From a virus, in IMG/VR virus record IMGVR_UViG_3300045988_082633: 64,000 nt of DNA; one strand, 5' to 3'. Made by a program: the position numbers and the translations under genes. Shown piece after piece: positions 37,440 through 46,929 of this stretch. The notes under the pieces were generated by a model. It was not told the origin of the DNA and ran no database searches. It worked only from the letters and a program-made list of their open reading frames with translations. Every line of letters begins with the position of its first letter. The first letter of the stretch is position 1.

Positions 37440-38375
37440 TTAAAACCAAAAACCATTAAGACCGTTACCACCATTATACATACCATATTGATAAGCAACA
37501 CAATTTGGTATTGCCTGGAATGGTTGATAAGGAACTGTTACAGTCTGAGGCTGAGCACACTTAATTTCGTTAACAGCTTGAGCAATAGGATTTACAGCAG
37601 CAGCTATTTGCTGAGCAATTACTCCACTTTGATGTTCAGTAGTCAGCTGAGTTTGCAAAGCATTAATCTTATCTTGCATTGCTGACTTCTCAGAAGCATC
37701 AAGTCTAGCAATAATTCTATCACCAATACCATCTACAGACTTTTCAAGATTGCAAGTCTGGTCACGAAGAGCATAACCAACATCAGCAAAACCACGAGTT
37801 ACAGCACTATTTACACCACTAACTGAGTCTTTAATAGCATTAGTTTGCTGAATAGTAGCAATCTGATTTTGATAATTACCCTCTGTAATAGCACTCTTCA
37901 AGTTGCAGCAGCAAGTAGCCAACTGATTAGCAAGAGTCATAGTATTCTGAGTACCAGCATTAAGCAAAGCACCAGTAGAAGAATCAATCTTACAACCTAC
38001 TTGTGTAATACCGTTGTTTACTTGACAAATAGCTGCTTGAATCATATCAACTTTAGTTCCAAACATACTAGCTAATCTTTGAGTTGCAGCACCGTTACCG
38101 TTAATAGCTTGCATAAGCAAATCACGTCCATCATTATTACTAACCATATTAGCAAGAGGACCAAGACAACCGCCGCCACCATTCTGAGCTGCGTTACCAA
38201 ATAGTCCACCATTACGCATAAGAGGATAAAGGAAGAACAAGAAGATTATCCAAATCCAATTACCGCCACCACCAAAACCTCCATTACACATAAGTAGAGG
38301 AAGCAGACTGTTAACATCACTAGAAGTCTGACGAGTTCCAGCATCAGGGAACATAAAAATTTTAGAATCGTCCAT
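37440..38375 (-). CDS. Gly/Asn/Gln/Cys-rich membrane-anchored protein with a long helical region (311 aa)
   Basis: GGFGGGGNWIWIIFLFFLYPLMRNGGLFGNAAQNGGGG contains one TM segment flanked by Gly runs. A Gln/Ala/Thr-rich helical region with several Cys follows, and the protein ends in the aromatic NGGNGLNGFWF. It is preceded by its own promoter and a palindromic operator-like site. Confidence 0.6.
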   Translation of the reverse strand: MDDSKIFMFPDAGTRQTSSDVNSLLPLLMCNGGFGGGGNWIWIIFLFFLYPLMRNGGLFGNAAQNGGGGCLGPLANMVSNNDGRDLLMQAINGNGAATQRLASMFGTKVDMIQAAICQVNNGITQVGCKIDSSTGALLNAGTQNTMTLANQLATCCCNLKSAITEGNYQNQIATIQQTNAIKDSVSGVNSAVTRGFADVGYALRDQTCNLEKSVDGIGDRIIARLDASEKSAMQDKINALQTQLTTEHQSGVIAQQIAAAVNPIAQAVNEIKCAQPQTVTVPYQPFQAIPNCVAYQYGMYNGGNGLNGFWF

Positions 38376-38412
38376 AACTATTGAATAATTAAATAAATAA
38401 AAAGATTAAATT

Positions 38413-38435
38413 TGTACATTACCGGTATTTGTACA
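38413..38435. promoter_or_regulatory. operator-like composite palindrome TGTACA-T-TACCGGTA-TT-TGTACA
   Basis: TGTACA (38413-38418), TACCGGTA (38420-38427) and TGTACA (38430-38435) are each self-complementary. The site lies between the -7 box (38439-38446) and the start of the 311-aa gene, and immediately downstream of the HTH gene and its terminator. Confidence 0.45.
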
Positions 38436-38438
38436 ATG

Positions 38439-38472
38439 CAAAGTTACAATATTAATGTTCAGTTCACACAAT
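38439..38472 (-). promoter_or_regulatory. Bacteroides-type promoter candidate for the 311-aa gene
   Basis: On the minus strand TAACTTTG (complement of 38439-38446) matches TAnnTTTG. The -33 element is imperfect (ATTG/TGTG at 18-22 nt). Confidence 0.45.
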
Positions 38473-38483
38473 TTTGCTCAAAA

Positions 38484-38528
38484 TAAAGCAGTCTGTCTAA
38501 TTACCAATGAATTAGACAGACTGCTTTA
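38484..38528 (-). terminator. strong intrinsic terminator after the HTH gene
   Basis: aagcagtctgtctaatt (38486-38502) and aattagacagactgctt (38510-38526) form a perfect 17-bp stem with loop accaatg. On the minus strand it is followed by TATTTTGAG. Confidence 0.75.
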
Positions 38529-38558
38529 TAATCATCCAATACAGGCCATCACAGAGCC

Positions 38559-38858
38559 TTATAAGCCATATTTTTCTTTATATTCAGCTATATGATTTTC
38601 TACTTCATCTTGCCACCAATATTTATTACCACCAAGAGTTTTACGAGGACGTGGTATTCTACCGTCAGTAACCATTCTTGTAAGAGTAGAACGAGAAACA
38701 TTAAGATACCTTGCAAGTTGTTCTGCATTTAACTTTCTATGAATAAGCATATTTGCTATTTCAGTCAATTCTCTATCATCAACTTCACAAGTATCATCTT
38801 CTATTCTTTGAGCCATTTGTCTAAAAATAGAGGCAATAACTTTCTTAGTTTTAATCAT
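38559..38858 (-). CDS. helix-turn-helix DNA-binding protein (excisionase/MerR-like HTH_17 type), 99 aa
   Basis: LNAEQLARYLNVSRSTLTRMVTDGRIPRPRKTLGGNKYWWQDEVENHI fits the pattern (x)AAxYLGVSRSTLYRxVxxGxIPxxKxGxxxWRFxxxELxxW of this family. Confidence 0.75.
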   Translation of the reverse strand: MIKTKKVIASIFRQMAQRIEDDTCEVDDRELTEIANMLIHRKLNAEQLARYLNVSRSTLTRMVTDGRIPRPRKTLGGNKYWWQDEVENHIAEYKEKYGL

Positions 38859-39232
38859 GATTTGAAAAATTTAAGATATATTATTGTTAACATTGTTACT
38901 ATTGTTATACATACAAATAATATAAAGTAGTTTGCATCATTAAGTGGTATTCCAATATAAAAATCATAAATGTTTAAAACATCAATAAGAATACTGTAAT
39001 GTAGAAACATTCTGTAATAACTACAAAGTTGAAAAGTATAACTAGCAACATAAAGATATATAATTGGTAGTAATGATATACCACCAATATAATTTAATGG
39101 AATATCATTACTACCTAAGAAACTTAGAAAAGAATTTATACAATGAACAATAGCTATAAGAATTGGTATGACTTTTGTTATAAGTATAAATTTTCTAACA
39201 GTATTTCTATTCAAACTTTCCGCCATTTTCAA
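38855..39232 (-). CDS. polytopic membrane protein (about 4 TM), 125 aa
   Basis: Hydrophobic segments FILITKVIPILIAIVHCI, ISLLPIIYLYVASYTF, a segment within FLHYSILIDVLNIYDFYIGI, and FILFVCITIVTMLTIIYL. The stop overlaps the start of the HTH gene by 4 nt. Confidence 0.6.
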   Translation of the reverse strand: MKMAESLNRNTVRKFILITKVIPILIAIVHCINSFLSFLGSNDIPLNYIGGISLLPIIYLYVASYTFQLCSYYRMFLHYSILIDVLNIYDFYIGIPLNDANYFILFVCITIVTMLTIIYLKFFKS

Positions 39233-39362
39233 AACTTCTACGACCAGATTTTGTAAAACCAGCTTTAGGAATCATAGGATTAGCTCTATTAGAAGATCTA
39301 GTAGGATTACTTTTGGAATTTGTTATACGAGGAGTAACAATTCTTTTTCTAGTATGTGCCAT
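39207..39362 (-). CDS. unlisted small basic ORF (51 aa)
   Basis: Hand translation gives MAHTRKRIVTPRITNSKSNPTRSSNRANPMIPKAGFTKSGRRSFENGGKFE*. It fills the gap between the 181-aa and 125-aa genes and falls below the 60-aa cutoff of the ORF track. Confidence 0.4.
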   Translation of the reverse strand: MAHTRKRIVTPRITNSKSNPTRSSNRANPMIPKAGFTKSGRRSFENGGKFE

Positions 39363-39365
39363 AAT

Positions 39366-39911
39366 TTATTCTATTTGAATGTTAAGTATATCAGGATATT
39401 CTTTTGTTATATCATAAGTAAGACAATCTTCTATTGATTCAAGTTGTTTTATTTCTGCATAATGTTTTTGAGTATTGTCATAACACTTTTTAGCATACAT
39501 TTCTACAGCAGTAAGAAGAGCAAGTGCTTTATCTATACTAACCTTTATAGACATAGTGTTAAACCAAAGAGTTGTAACATCTATTCCTTTACTTTTTTCA
39601 AGGTTAATAGTGTTAAATAGTACAGCACGAGTTAGTTTATCAAGCCAAACCTTCTTATTATTAAGAATAAAACAATTAACTTCTGCACTACTATCATATT
39701 CTTTTTGCAAAGATAATAAATGATTTTTAATATCAAACAATGTAGGCTTATTCTTAACAATTATTGATACTATTCTTGTATCGCTGTTATCTTGTTCACT
39801 TTTTTCTATATTTTTTGAATTAGGTGATAACCTAAGAATATGTTTATCATTTGTAGGATTGATACATTCTAATCCTACAAGTTCATTTTTTTTAATATTT
39901 ATCCAACGCAT
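39366..39911 (-). CDS. hypothetical protein (181 aa)
   Basis: Co-directional ORF directly downstream of the fibre genes. I recognise no motif. Confidence 0.6.
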   Translation of the reverse strand: MRWINIKKNELVGLECINPTNDKHILRLSPNSKNIEKSEQDNSDTRIVSIIVKNKPTLFDIKNHLLSLQKEYDSSAEVNCFILNNKKVWLDKLTRAVLFNTINLEKSKGIDVTTLWFNTMSIKVSIDKALALLTAVEMYAKKCYDNTQKHYAEIKQLESIEDCLTYDITKEYPDILNIQIE

Positions 39912-39950
39912 ATAATTATATAGTTTAATTTTACTTTCATTATTTATATT

Positions 39951-42206
39951 TTATAATTCTTCTGTAGCATCATCTATAATATAAACAGTATATTCAGACC
40001 CGTTATACATCAAACGAACACCTGATACACCACCAGGATACATAGCGTCACGAGAATCAATATGGCTAATTCCATTATTAGAATAATTACAATAACCACC
40101 TCTATATATTTTATGGTTTGCATAATTAAAGAATGCACTATCGGTAAAACCAGTATCAGCATTAACACCATTATCATAAGCTTTAGGTATTATATCTGCA
40201 TGATCACCAAATATCATTTTTTTTATATATCCCATACGAGCATTTGTTATGCTCGTATCTATAATTCTTAAAGCATTTATATCTTTATCTGTATAACATA
40301 CAAAGGTATTATTCCAGATAGGATAATCTTTAACAAATTCATCTTTAGACTTATAAATGACATCTTTTCCTGTAGACTTAGTGATAAGACAACTACCATT
40401 ACTGTCAATATAATCTGCTACAAAGTTATTTGCGCTAGGATTACCACTATTTCTTGAAGCAAACATAATATACACATCAGAAAGAGCTTCATCTATATCA
40501 TCCCAACAACTTTCAAGACCCCAAAAATTAACAGTTTTTATATCAGGACCAATACCTGCTTTAATTTGTTCTTCGCTAGGATTTAAAGCTCCAGTTCCAT
40601 TGCTATTGTCAGTATCGGTCATATTAAGTTCATCAGTGCTTCCTGTAATTTTTGGATAATATGTGTTGCCAATTTTATTAATTGTACCATAACCACATAT
40701 TTGTTGACTTCCTAAAGAGCTATAATAACCATAAAATAAAAAAACAAATAATTTTGCCATAGCATAAGTACAATAATTAAAATTATTACCTCGAGCTTTA
40801 ACCATAGTAATAATATTCTGTAGTTGTATATTAGCTATCGCACGTTTACCTGAAAGACTATAACATTTATTATTTATTTGACAAGCAGGATAAACACCAA
40901 TAAGGTTATATTGGCTCCATTTACACCATTTACTAGAATCTTCATTTGATGGAAGTTCTTTTGCAATAGTTACAGCAACATAATCTGGATCTGGTTCTGT
41001 TTGTCCTTTTGGAATCCAAGCTTCAGTTTTATAATAAATATCACTGCCAAATTTTAAAAATACATCAAATTCTCCATTTTCATTAGAAATATAACTTGCA
41101 GCACTAGTTCCATCTGCAAAAATTTTACGATTAGTATCAGAAAGTTGTTTAAGTCTAACGCCTTTATTGTTTATATACTTGCTAACATAAGCATGTGTAT
41201 TTTTACGAAGCCAAGTTAAAGTATTAATATTAGGATCTCCAGAAAAACCATTATTAGAAATAACAGATAAACTTCCATCTGAATTTAGAATATAGTTTTC
41301 AGATACCATATCGCTAGGATCGCTAAGACCTAAATTATATCGTTGATCTATAATGAAAACTACAGGACGCAAACCATAAACATTAAATGTAGTACTATTT
41401 GATTTAGTTACAGTATTATTGCAAGCATGTAATGTAAGTATAAGATTAGCAGTACCTTGTTTTTTAGTAAGAATTGTAGTTCCTTGAGTAGATGTGTTTA
41501 TATCAAGAATATCAGGTGTAGTTGTAGTGTAAGTGTACTTAGCTCCTTTAAGTTTAGTTGAATCCACAGGAATTGGTTTTACAGAAACTTCTACTTGAGA
41601 ATTAATAGGTATATCTGATTTAGTAGATATAGAAATATCTTCTATCTTTTTAGCTATAACAGTTAAAACAACATCTGGTTTACTACTTGTTGGAATATTA
41701 TTAAATTCTTCTTCTGAATAATAACTAGGATATGCAGTTAAAGTTAGTTGTACACTCCAAGAAGCATTTTCTTTTGGATCATCAACTACAAGATAACCAT
41801 TCTTTACTCGTATTCTATCTTTAATATTTTGTTCTGAAATATCACCATCTATAACAAAATTAGAAAAATCATATTTCCATTTAAGAAAACTATGATTAAT
41901 ACCAGTATCTGTATCAATAGAAATAGGTTCATTAGTACCTTCTTTAATTGTGTTTGTAGCAAGAGCGATATTAAAAACATCATCAAGTTCTTTGTCACAA
42001 ATTATATTTAAATCTTTAAATTGGGATTCAAGTGCATATTTAAGAAACTTCTGCATTTTACGACTAGACGTAGTAATATATCCGCTAACTTTACTTTCTA
42101 TATTTTTATTTTGCCCAATCGCAATAAGTTTTTTAATTTGGTCGTTTGTAAGAATAATAGGACTACTTTTAGTCCCATTATTCCAAGTATATTTGTTTAG
42201 TTTCAT
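39951..42206 (-). CDS. tail fibre / receptor-binding protein with a Big_2-like Ig domain (751 aa)
   Basis: VEVSVKPIPVDSTKLKGAKYTYTTTTPDILDINTSTQGTTILTKKQGTANLILTLH resembles bacterial Ig-like group 2 domains. It lies next to the 1515-aa fibre gene. Confidence 0.55.
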   Translation of the reverse strand: MKLNKYTWNNGTKSSPIILTNDQIKKLIAIGQNKNIESKVSGYITTSSRKMQKFLKYALESQFKDLNIICDKELDDVFNIALATNTIKEGTNEPISIDTDTGINHSFLKWKYDFSNFVIDGDISEQNIKDRIRVKNGYLVVDDPKENASWSVQLTLTAYPSYYSEEEFNNIPTSSKPDVVLTVIAKKIEDISISTKSDIPINSQVEVSVKPIPVDSTKLKGAKYTYTTTTPDILDINTSTQGTTILTKKQGTANLILTLHACNNTVTKSNSTTFNVYGLRPVVFIIDQRYNLGLSDPSDMVSENYILNSDGSLSVISNNGFSGDPNINTLTWLRKNTHAYVSKYINNKGVRLKQLSDTNRKIFADGTSAASYISNENGEFDVFLKFGSDIYYKTEAWIPKGQTEPDPDYVAVTIAKELPSNEDSSKWCKWSQYNLIGVYPACQINNKCYSLSGKRAIANIQLQNIITMVKARGNNFNYCTYAMAKLFVFLFYGYYSSLGSQQICGYGTINKIGNTYYPKITGSTDELNMTDTDNSNGTGALNPSEEQIKAGIGPDIKTVNFWGLESCWDDIDEALSDVYIMFASRNSGNPSANNFVADYIDSNGSCLITKSTGKDVIYKSKDEFVKDYPIWNNTFVCYTDKDINALRIIDTSITNARMGYIKKMIFGDHADIIPKAYDNGVNADTGFTDSAFFNYANHKIYRGGYCNYSNNGISHIDSRDAMYPGGVSGVRLMYNGSEYTVYIIDDATEEL

Positions 42207-42208
42207 AT

Positions 42209-45200
42209 TTATGAATTTATAAGATTATATATTTTATCAATTCCAAAGGTTGCTGCTCCATAATTATTAGAACCAGTTATAGAAATTTCTCTAACTTCAT
42301 CCATACTTTGAGCATTTATTTCTTTAATATTTGGTTTATTAGTAAGAGTAATCTTTGTAAGATTTGCAGGAAGATTTACAATTTTAAGATTATCTGTAGA
42401 TGGTAAAATAAACTCTTCAATTTTATTGTCATTACGAGCTTCAAGTACTTCAAGTACAGGAAATACTGTAAGATCAATAGTACCATTAAGATTAGTTAAT
42501 CCTGCAATGTTAAGTTTTTTACAACAGCCAAATACAAGTCCTTTAGTATTAAGATCTACAAGATTTGGATTATTATAATCATATTTATTTCCGTTTGCAT
42601 CTTCTACTTGTTCATATCTTCCAATATTAATTTCTTCAAGATTTACAAGAGTTCCCCAACCAGTATAAATAGAACTTATATACCAATGTGAAAGGTCATT
42701 AATAGTCTTAATATTTTTACAGCCTCTAATACCAATACGAAAATCTCCACCACTTTCATTTACAATATTATCAGCATTTGTTTTAAGCGTTACTTTCTGA
42801 CTAACTCTATTAACTATAATATTTCCTTCAACTACATCATTTACTTCAATAAAAGCTTTATCATGAAGCGTGTTACCTATAGTAAGATAAGAGTATGTTC
42901 TTTCATAAGCAGTAAGCTCAATAGCCCATCGTTTTGTACCATTAGGACCTGTATGCCAATATTTATTTCCTGCATCAGGTATATTAGCAAAACCACTAAC
43001 ATTAAATTGAACATTATCTGTAGTAAAGTCACTAGACGCTCCACCAAATACGTAATTCTCTCCACCTTTAAAATAACAACGATTTTTTACAAACCATTCA
43101 TTATGTTCTTTAGCAGAACCATGAGCTTTCTGATAATCTGAACTAATACTTGTATATGAATATTCAGAGTTAGCATTATATATCATTGCATTGTATAAGT
43201 CAACTTGATTATCGTGCATATATTTTAGCATACCTTCAGAAGTTAAAATACCACCAGCAAATAAATGGTTGTAAATAGTTTTTATTTCTTCTGAAAATAC
43301 TTCAAATATAAGTGCCCAAAAATCAGGTCCTCTACCTTCATGTTTACCATCATAAAGTCCATCAGTATAAAGAACATTATAAAGGAATTTAAAGAAGTTA
43401 TCATTATCACAACCAAGACCAGAGTCAAAATCATAACCAAGAAGTCTAAGAAGTTTTTGACGTTTACCATAATAATCAGTTATAATATCTTGCTCCCCCG
43501 TAAAGAAGGAGAAAAATTGATTTTTAGTATCTTGGTCACATAGTAGATGATTATCCATGATAACAGCATTAAATAAAATTTGATTAAGAACAACATAATA
43601 TTTAAGTTCTTGATAAAATTTACTTTTTCTATTTGCAAGATTATCAACTACTTCTGCTCCATTGATTGAAAGTTTATTGTTATAATTTGAATCGTGTTGA
43701 CCATTAAGTGCTTGATCTCCTATGTTATAAGGAGAACAATTATATGTAAAATCAAACAATCTTTGAATTGGACCAGTAGTTTCAAGTCCTATATTAGAAG
43801 CATCTCTATTTGCAGGAATTATATCACCACATACTGCATCTATATCTGGATATCTATATTCAAGATGTGACAATCCGGCACTACCATCACCTTTCCAAAC
43901 ACCTCCATTACTAATATCATAAGTATGAAAATTACAAATAGGAGAAGCATTATCTCGCCATTCAACAGAGAAAGTTTCATCTTTTTCATCATCATGCCAT
44001 GTTCTAGTACCATCAGGATTAACAGTCCAATAACCTCCAAAACCAAATACTTTCATATTAGTTTTATCTGTAATAAGGTCGAATTGTCCAGAAAAAGCAG
44101 TAATAGCAGCATTAGATGTTGGATCACGAAGAATACTTTGACTATCTGTACGTTTCATTTCAAATGCTATAGATGGAACACCGTCAACACATTGACGAGT
44201 TTTAACCATAGCTATTTGTTCAGTACGAGTTAAATTAGGAAAATTTTCAATAACAGAAGCAAGTTCTTTACGTTGTGGTGGAGTTAAACAATCTTCATAA
44301 ACATAAACACCTTGAACTTGAACAGATGCTAAATATCTAGCACCATCTTCATACATTTTAGCTGTAGGTAAATTTCTAGCTTGAGTAGATTCATTAGGAT
44401 TCTTTTTCATTGTAAGAAGATAACAAGGTAAAGAATCTTTATCAGGAATAAAAAATACATTAGCATTTTTACCATATTCTGTATATTCAGCTGAAAAGGT
44501 TTGAGAAAGATCATCAAACCAATGAAGTTTAATAGTTCCTCTAACATCCCAACGAACATTACCTTTAGTAGAGTCTTTAGTAGACGTTCCTTGACGTCTT
44601 GCTCTAAGAGAACCAGGAGTGGCACCTTCAAGCCAATATGTATTTTTGGAATCTATAATACCTTTACCTTGTTCATTTACAGTAAATGAGAATTTATACC
44701 AATCCTGTCTATCTGTAGTATTAGTAGCTTTAGTAGAACCTTGATATCCACCTTCAGGAATATTATTTCCAACAAGACTTACATTATTGCAAAAATCTGT
44801 TGCAACAACTACAGAAAAAGGTACAGGTCCTCTTTTTTGTTCTGCAAGATATTTACCATAAGCAATAGCTTGTTTTAGAGTTATAACAGGTTGACCTGTT
44901 CCATCAAGTTCATAAAAATTATTCTTGTTATACAAAGCAGACATTTCTCCAGCATCGTCTAAGTCCATTGTACGAGTCTGAAGAATATCAAAAGCATTTG
45001 TATAAGAATCATAATATCTAAAATCAAACAAGTCAAGTGCAGCTCCATCTCCACCAAATACTATTTCTGTACGATTTGCTAAAAGTTGACTAAGAGTCTG
45101 ATTAGGAATAATACCAAAACCTGCAATTTCACCATTTATATAATATCTGGCTTCATGTTTTGTTGCAGCACCATCTTGATAATATGGTTGAACTGTAATA

Positions 45201-46756
45201 GTTAAATCAATTCTAGTATTAGCACTAAACCTACGAGAATTATGACTAGTAGCACTTTGTATTTCATCTGGACGACTAAGAAGATTAGCACCTACTCCAA
45301 TATAAATACTGTCCCCTGTTACATAAAATCCAACACCATCTGAATCAGAATAGCAGTCTATAATTCTTTTATTAGCATCACTAACACCTGTCACTCTAAA
45401 TGACATTTTAATAGTAAAACCAGTTGAAAGAATACCACCACCTACACTATTTGCGACAAATTGAGTTGCATTATAAAAAGGATAGAAATTTTTAATTCTA
45501 GCACGAGCAGTTCCAACAAGATGAAGATGATTTTCATCTCTCCAACCTGTATTATTATCAAATTGAACATTATTAAATTCTACTTGATAACCATTGTTAG
45601 TCCATATATTTTTATCTGCGTCATTGTTTGTTCTATTTTGTGCTGTAAGATAAATTACAGGATTTTCTTTAGCAACCCATGTAATATTACTAGCAGTTGC
45701 TTCAAAAATAATATCTACAGAATTTCTAATACGAGGTTCTCCTTGTGGATTTGTAGAAATACTTCCATCTTCATCTAAAAAAGGAACGCCAATTTGAATT
45801 TGATTAGAAGTACTAGGAACAAGATATTTCCAAGTGTTACGAGAACGATTGGAAATACTACGCTCACCTTTTTTAACATATTTACGAGTAGTAGAATCCC
45901 ATTCACGAAGAAGAACAATTAAATTATCTGTATCAGAAAGAGCAGGATCAAATGCAGAAAATACAATATTATAATAATCTTTTTCTACTGCACCTTTAAT
46001 CTCTTCATAAGTAATATAGACATCATCTGCTTGTGCTCCAACAGTTGTAAAAATACTAGTTGTCAAAGTTTCTGATTTAGTTTCACCATCTTCAAGAAGC
46101 AAATATGCTTTGACAATATGAGCACCAGCAGTCAAAGCAGGAACTGTTACAGTTGCTGCACCGGCAGTGTTAAGAGTATTAGTTACAGTTTGAGAACTAT
46201 TTTCATCAACACTACCTGTTGCTCCAAAGAATTGAACAATAAGTTGAGCACTAGAACCTGTAAATTGTGCTTGAAATTTAAGAACACGAGGATCTACAGT
46301 GTTAATTTGGTTATCAGTACTAAGTGTTGCAGACTGACGAGTATATTTAATACGTTTAACAGCCGAAGACAAGCCGTCACTTGTATAAGCTCTAATCTTT
46401 ATAGTAATAACATCATTACCAATTTGAGCTAAATAAGGAGCTAAATTCGGAGTTTCGAGTTCATCATCTGCACTATTTGACTTAACATCTGTTAAAGTAA
46501 TAACACTATTACCGATAGTTATTTCTACAGTAAAATCAGGATTATAAGTTCCATCAACAGTACTATTAACTTTATAAAAGAAAGTAACTTTTTCAGCTGT
46601 AGCAACAAAAGTTCTATTAAGAGAACCTACAATACTAACTGCAATTTGACTATAATTACCTCCTTGTAGCATAGCTATAGTACTCTTTAAAGCACTCTCT
46701 ACTTCAGCATGAGAATGACCTTCCCAAGAATCAAAAATATTTTCTATTTCAGCCAT
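42209..46756 (-). CDS. large tail fibre / receptor-binding protein with a LamG/concanavalin-like domain and C-terminal leucine-rich repeats (1515 aa)
   Basis: FTIKMSFRVTGVSDANKRIIDCYSDSDGVGFYVTGDSIYIGVGAN...EARYYINGEIAGF has the LamG-like pattern (about 45.1-45.6 kb). The C-terminus LVFGCCKKLNIAGLTNLNGTIDLTVFPVLEVLEARNDNKIEEFILPSTDNLKIVNLPANLTKITLTNKPNIKEINAQ is LRR-like (about 42.25-42.7 kb). It carries motif copy 11. Confidence 0.6.
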   Translation of the reverse strand: MAEIENIFDSWEGHSHAEVESALKSTIAMLQGGNYSQIAVSIVGSLNRTFVATAEKVTFFYKVNSTVDGTYNPDFTVEITIGNSVITLTDVKSNSADDELETPNLAPYLAQIGNDVITIKIRAYTSDGLSSAVKRIKYTRQSATLSTDNQINTVDPRVLKFQAQFTGSSAQLIVQFFGATGSVDENSSQTVTNTLNTAGAATVTVPALTAGAHIVKAYLLLEDGETKSETLTTSIFTTVGAQADDVYITYEEIKGAVEKDYYNIVFSAFDPALSDTDNLIVLLREWDSTTRKYVKKGERSISNRSRNTWKYLVPSTSNQIQIGVPFLDEDGSISTNPQGEPRIRNSVDIIFEATASNITWVAKENPVIYLTAQNRTNNDADKNIWTNNGYQVEFNNVQFDNNTGWRDENHLHLVGTARARIKNFYPFYNATQFVANSVGGGILSTGFTIKMSFRVTGVSDANKRIIDCYSDSDGVGFYVTGDSIYIGVGANLLSRPDEIQSATSHNSRRFSANTRIDLTITVQPYYQDGAATKHEARYYINGEIAGFGIIPNQTLSQLLANRTEIVFGGDGAALDLFDFRYYDSYTNAFDILQTRTMDLDDAGEMSALYNKNNFYELDGTGQPVITLKQAIAYGKYLAEQKRGPVPFSVVVATDFCNNVSLVGNNIPEGGYQGSTKATNTTDRQDWYKFSFTVNEQGKGIIDSKNTYWLEGATPGSLRARRQGTSTKDSTKGNVRWDVRGTIKLHWFDDLSQTFSAEYTEYGKNANVFFIPDKDSLPCYLLTMKKNPNESTQARNLPTAKMYEDGARYLASVQVQGVYVYEDCLTPPQRKELASVIENFPNLTRTEQIAMVKTRQCVDGVPSIAFEMKRTDSQSILRDPTSNAAITAFSGQFDLITDKTNMKVFGFGGYWTVNPDGTRTWHDDEKDETFSVEWRDNASPICNFHTYDISNGGVWKGDGSAGLSHLEYRYPDIDAVCGDIIPANRDASNIGLETTGPIQRLFDFTYNCSPYNIGDQALNGQHDSNYNNKLSINGAEVVDNLANRKSKFYQELKYYVVLNQILFNAVIMDNHLLCDQDTKNQFFSFFTGEQDIITDYYGKRQKLLRLLGYDFDSGLGCDNDNFFKFLYNVLYTDGLYDGKHEGRGPDFWALIFEVFSEEIKTIYNHLFAGGILTSEGMLKYMHDNQVDLYNAMIYNANSEYSYTSISSDYQKAHGSAKEHNEWFVKNRCYFKGGENYVFGGASSDFTTDNVQFNVSGFANIPDAGNKYWHTGPNGTKRWAIELTAYERTYSYLTIGNTLHDKAFIEVNDVVEGNIIVNRVSQKVTLKTNADNIVNESGGDFRIGIRGCKNIKTINDLSHWYISSIYTGWGTLVNLEEINIGRYEQVEDANGNKYDYNNPNLVDLNTKGLVFGCCKKLNIAGLTNLNGTIDLTVFPVLEVLEARNDNKIEEFILPSTDNLKIVNLPANLTKITLTNKPNIKEINAQSMDEVREISITGSNNYGAATFGIDKIYNLINS
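43492..43514 (-). repeat. GC-rich dispersed motif, copy 11 (variant, GTAA instead of GTAG)
   Basis: Plus strand GCTCCCCCGTAAagaaggagaaa. It lies inside the 1515-aa ORF and is read F-F-T-G-E-Q. Confidence 0.85.
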
Positions 46757-46767
46757 AACTTAAATAT

Positions 46768-46926
46768 TTAGTATTTCCATTTTTCTTTACTTTTCCAAAC
46801 TTGTTTTCCTTTCCATATACGAAGAGCAGCTTCCCATACAAGAACACTACCTTTATATATAGCAGTTACTACTTTTTTACCAATGTAAACAGCAGTAATT
46901 TCTTTATCTTTTATGTATATAGCCAT
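46768..46926 (-). CDS. unlisted small ORF (52 aa) upstream of the fibre gene
   Basis: Hand translation gives MAIYIKDKEITAVYIGKKVVTAIYKGSVLVWEAALRIWKGKQVWKSKEKWKY*. It fills the 46757-46929 gap. The repeated I/VYxG pattern recalls small fibre-associated phage proteins (recollection only). Confidence 0.45.
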   Translation of the reverse strand: MAIYIKDKEITAVYIGKKVVTAIYKGSVLVWEAALRIWKGKQVWKSKEKWKY

Positions 46927-46929
46927 ACG

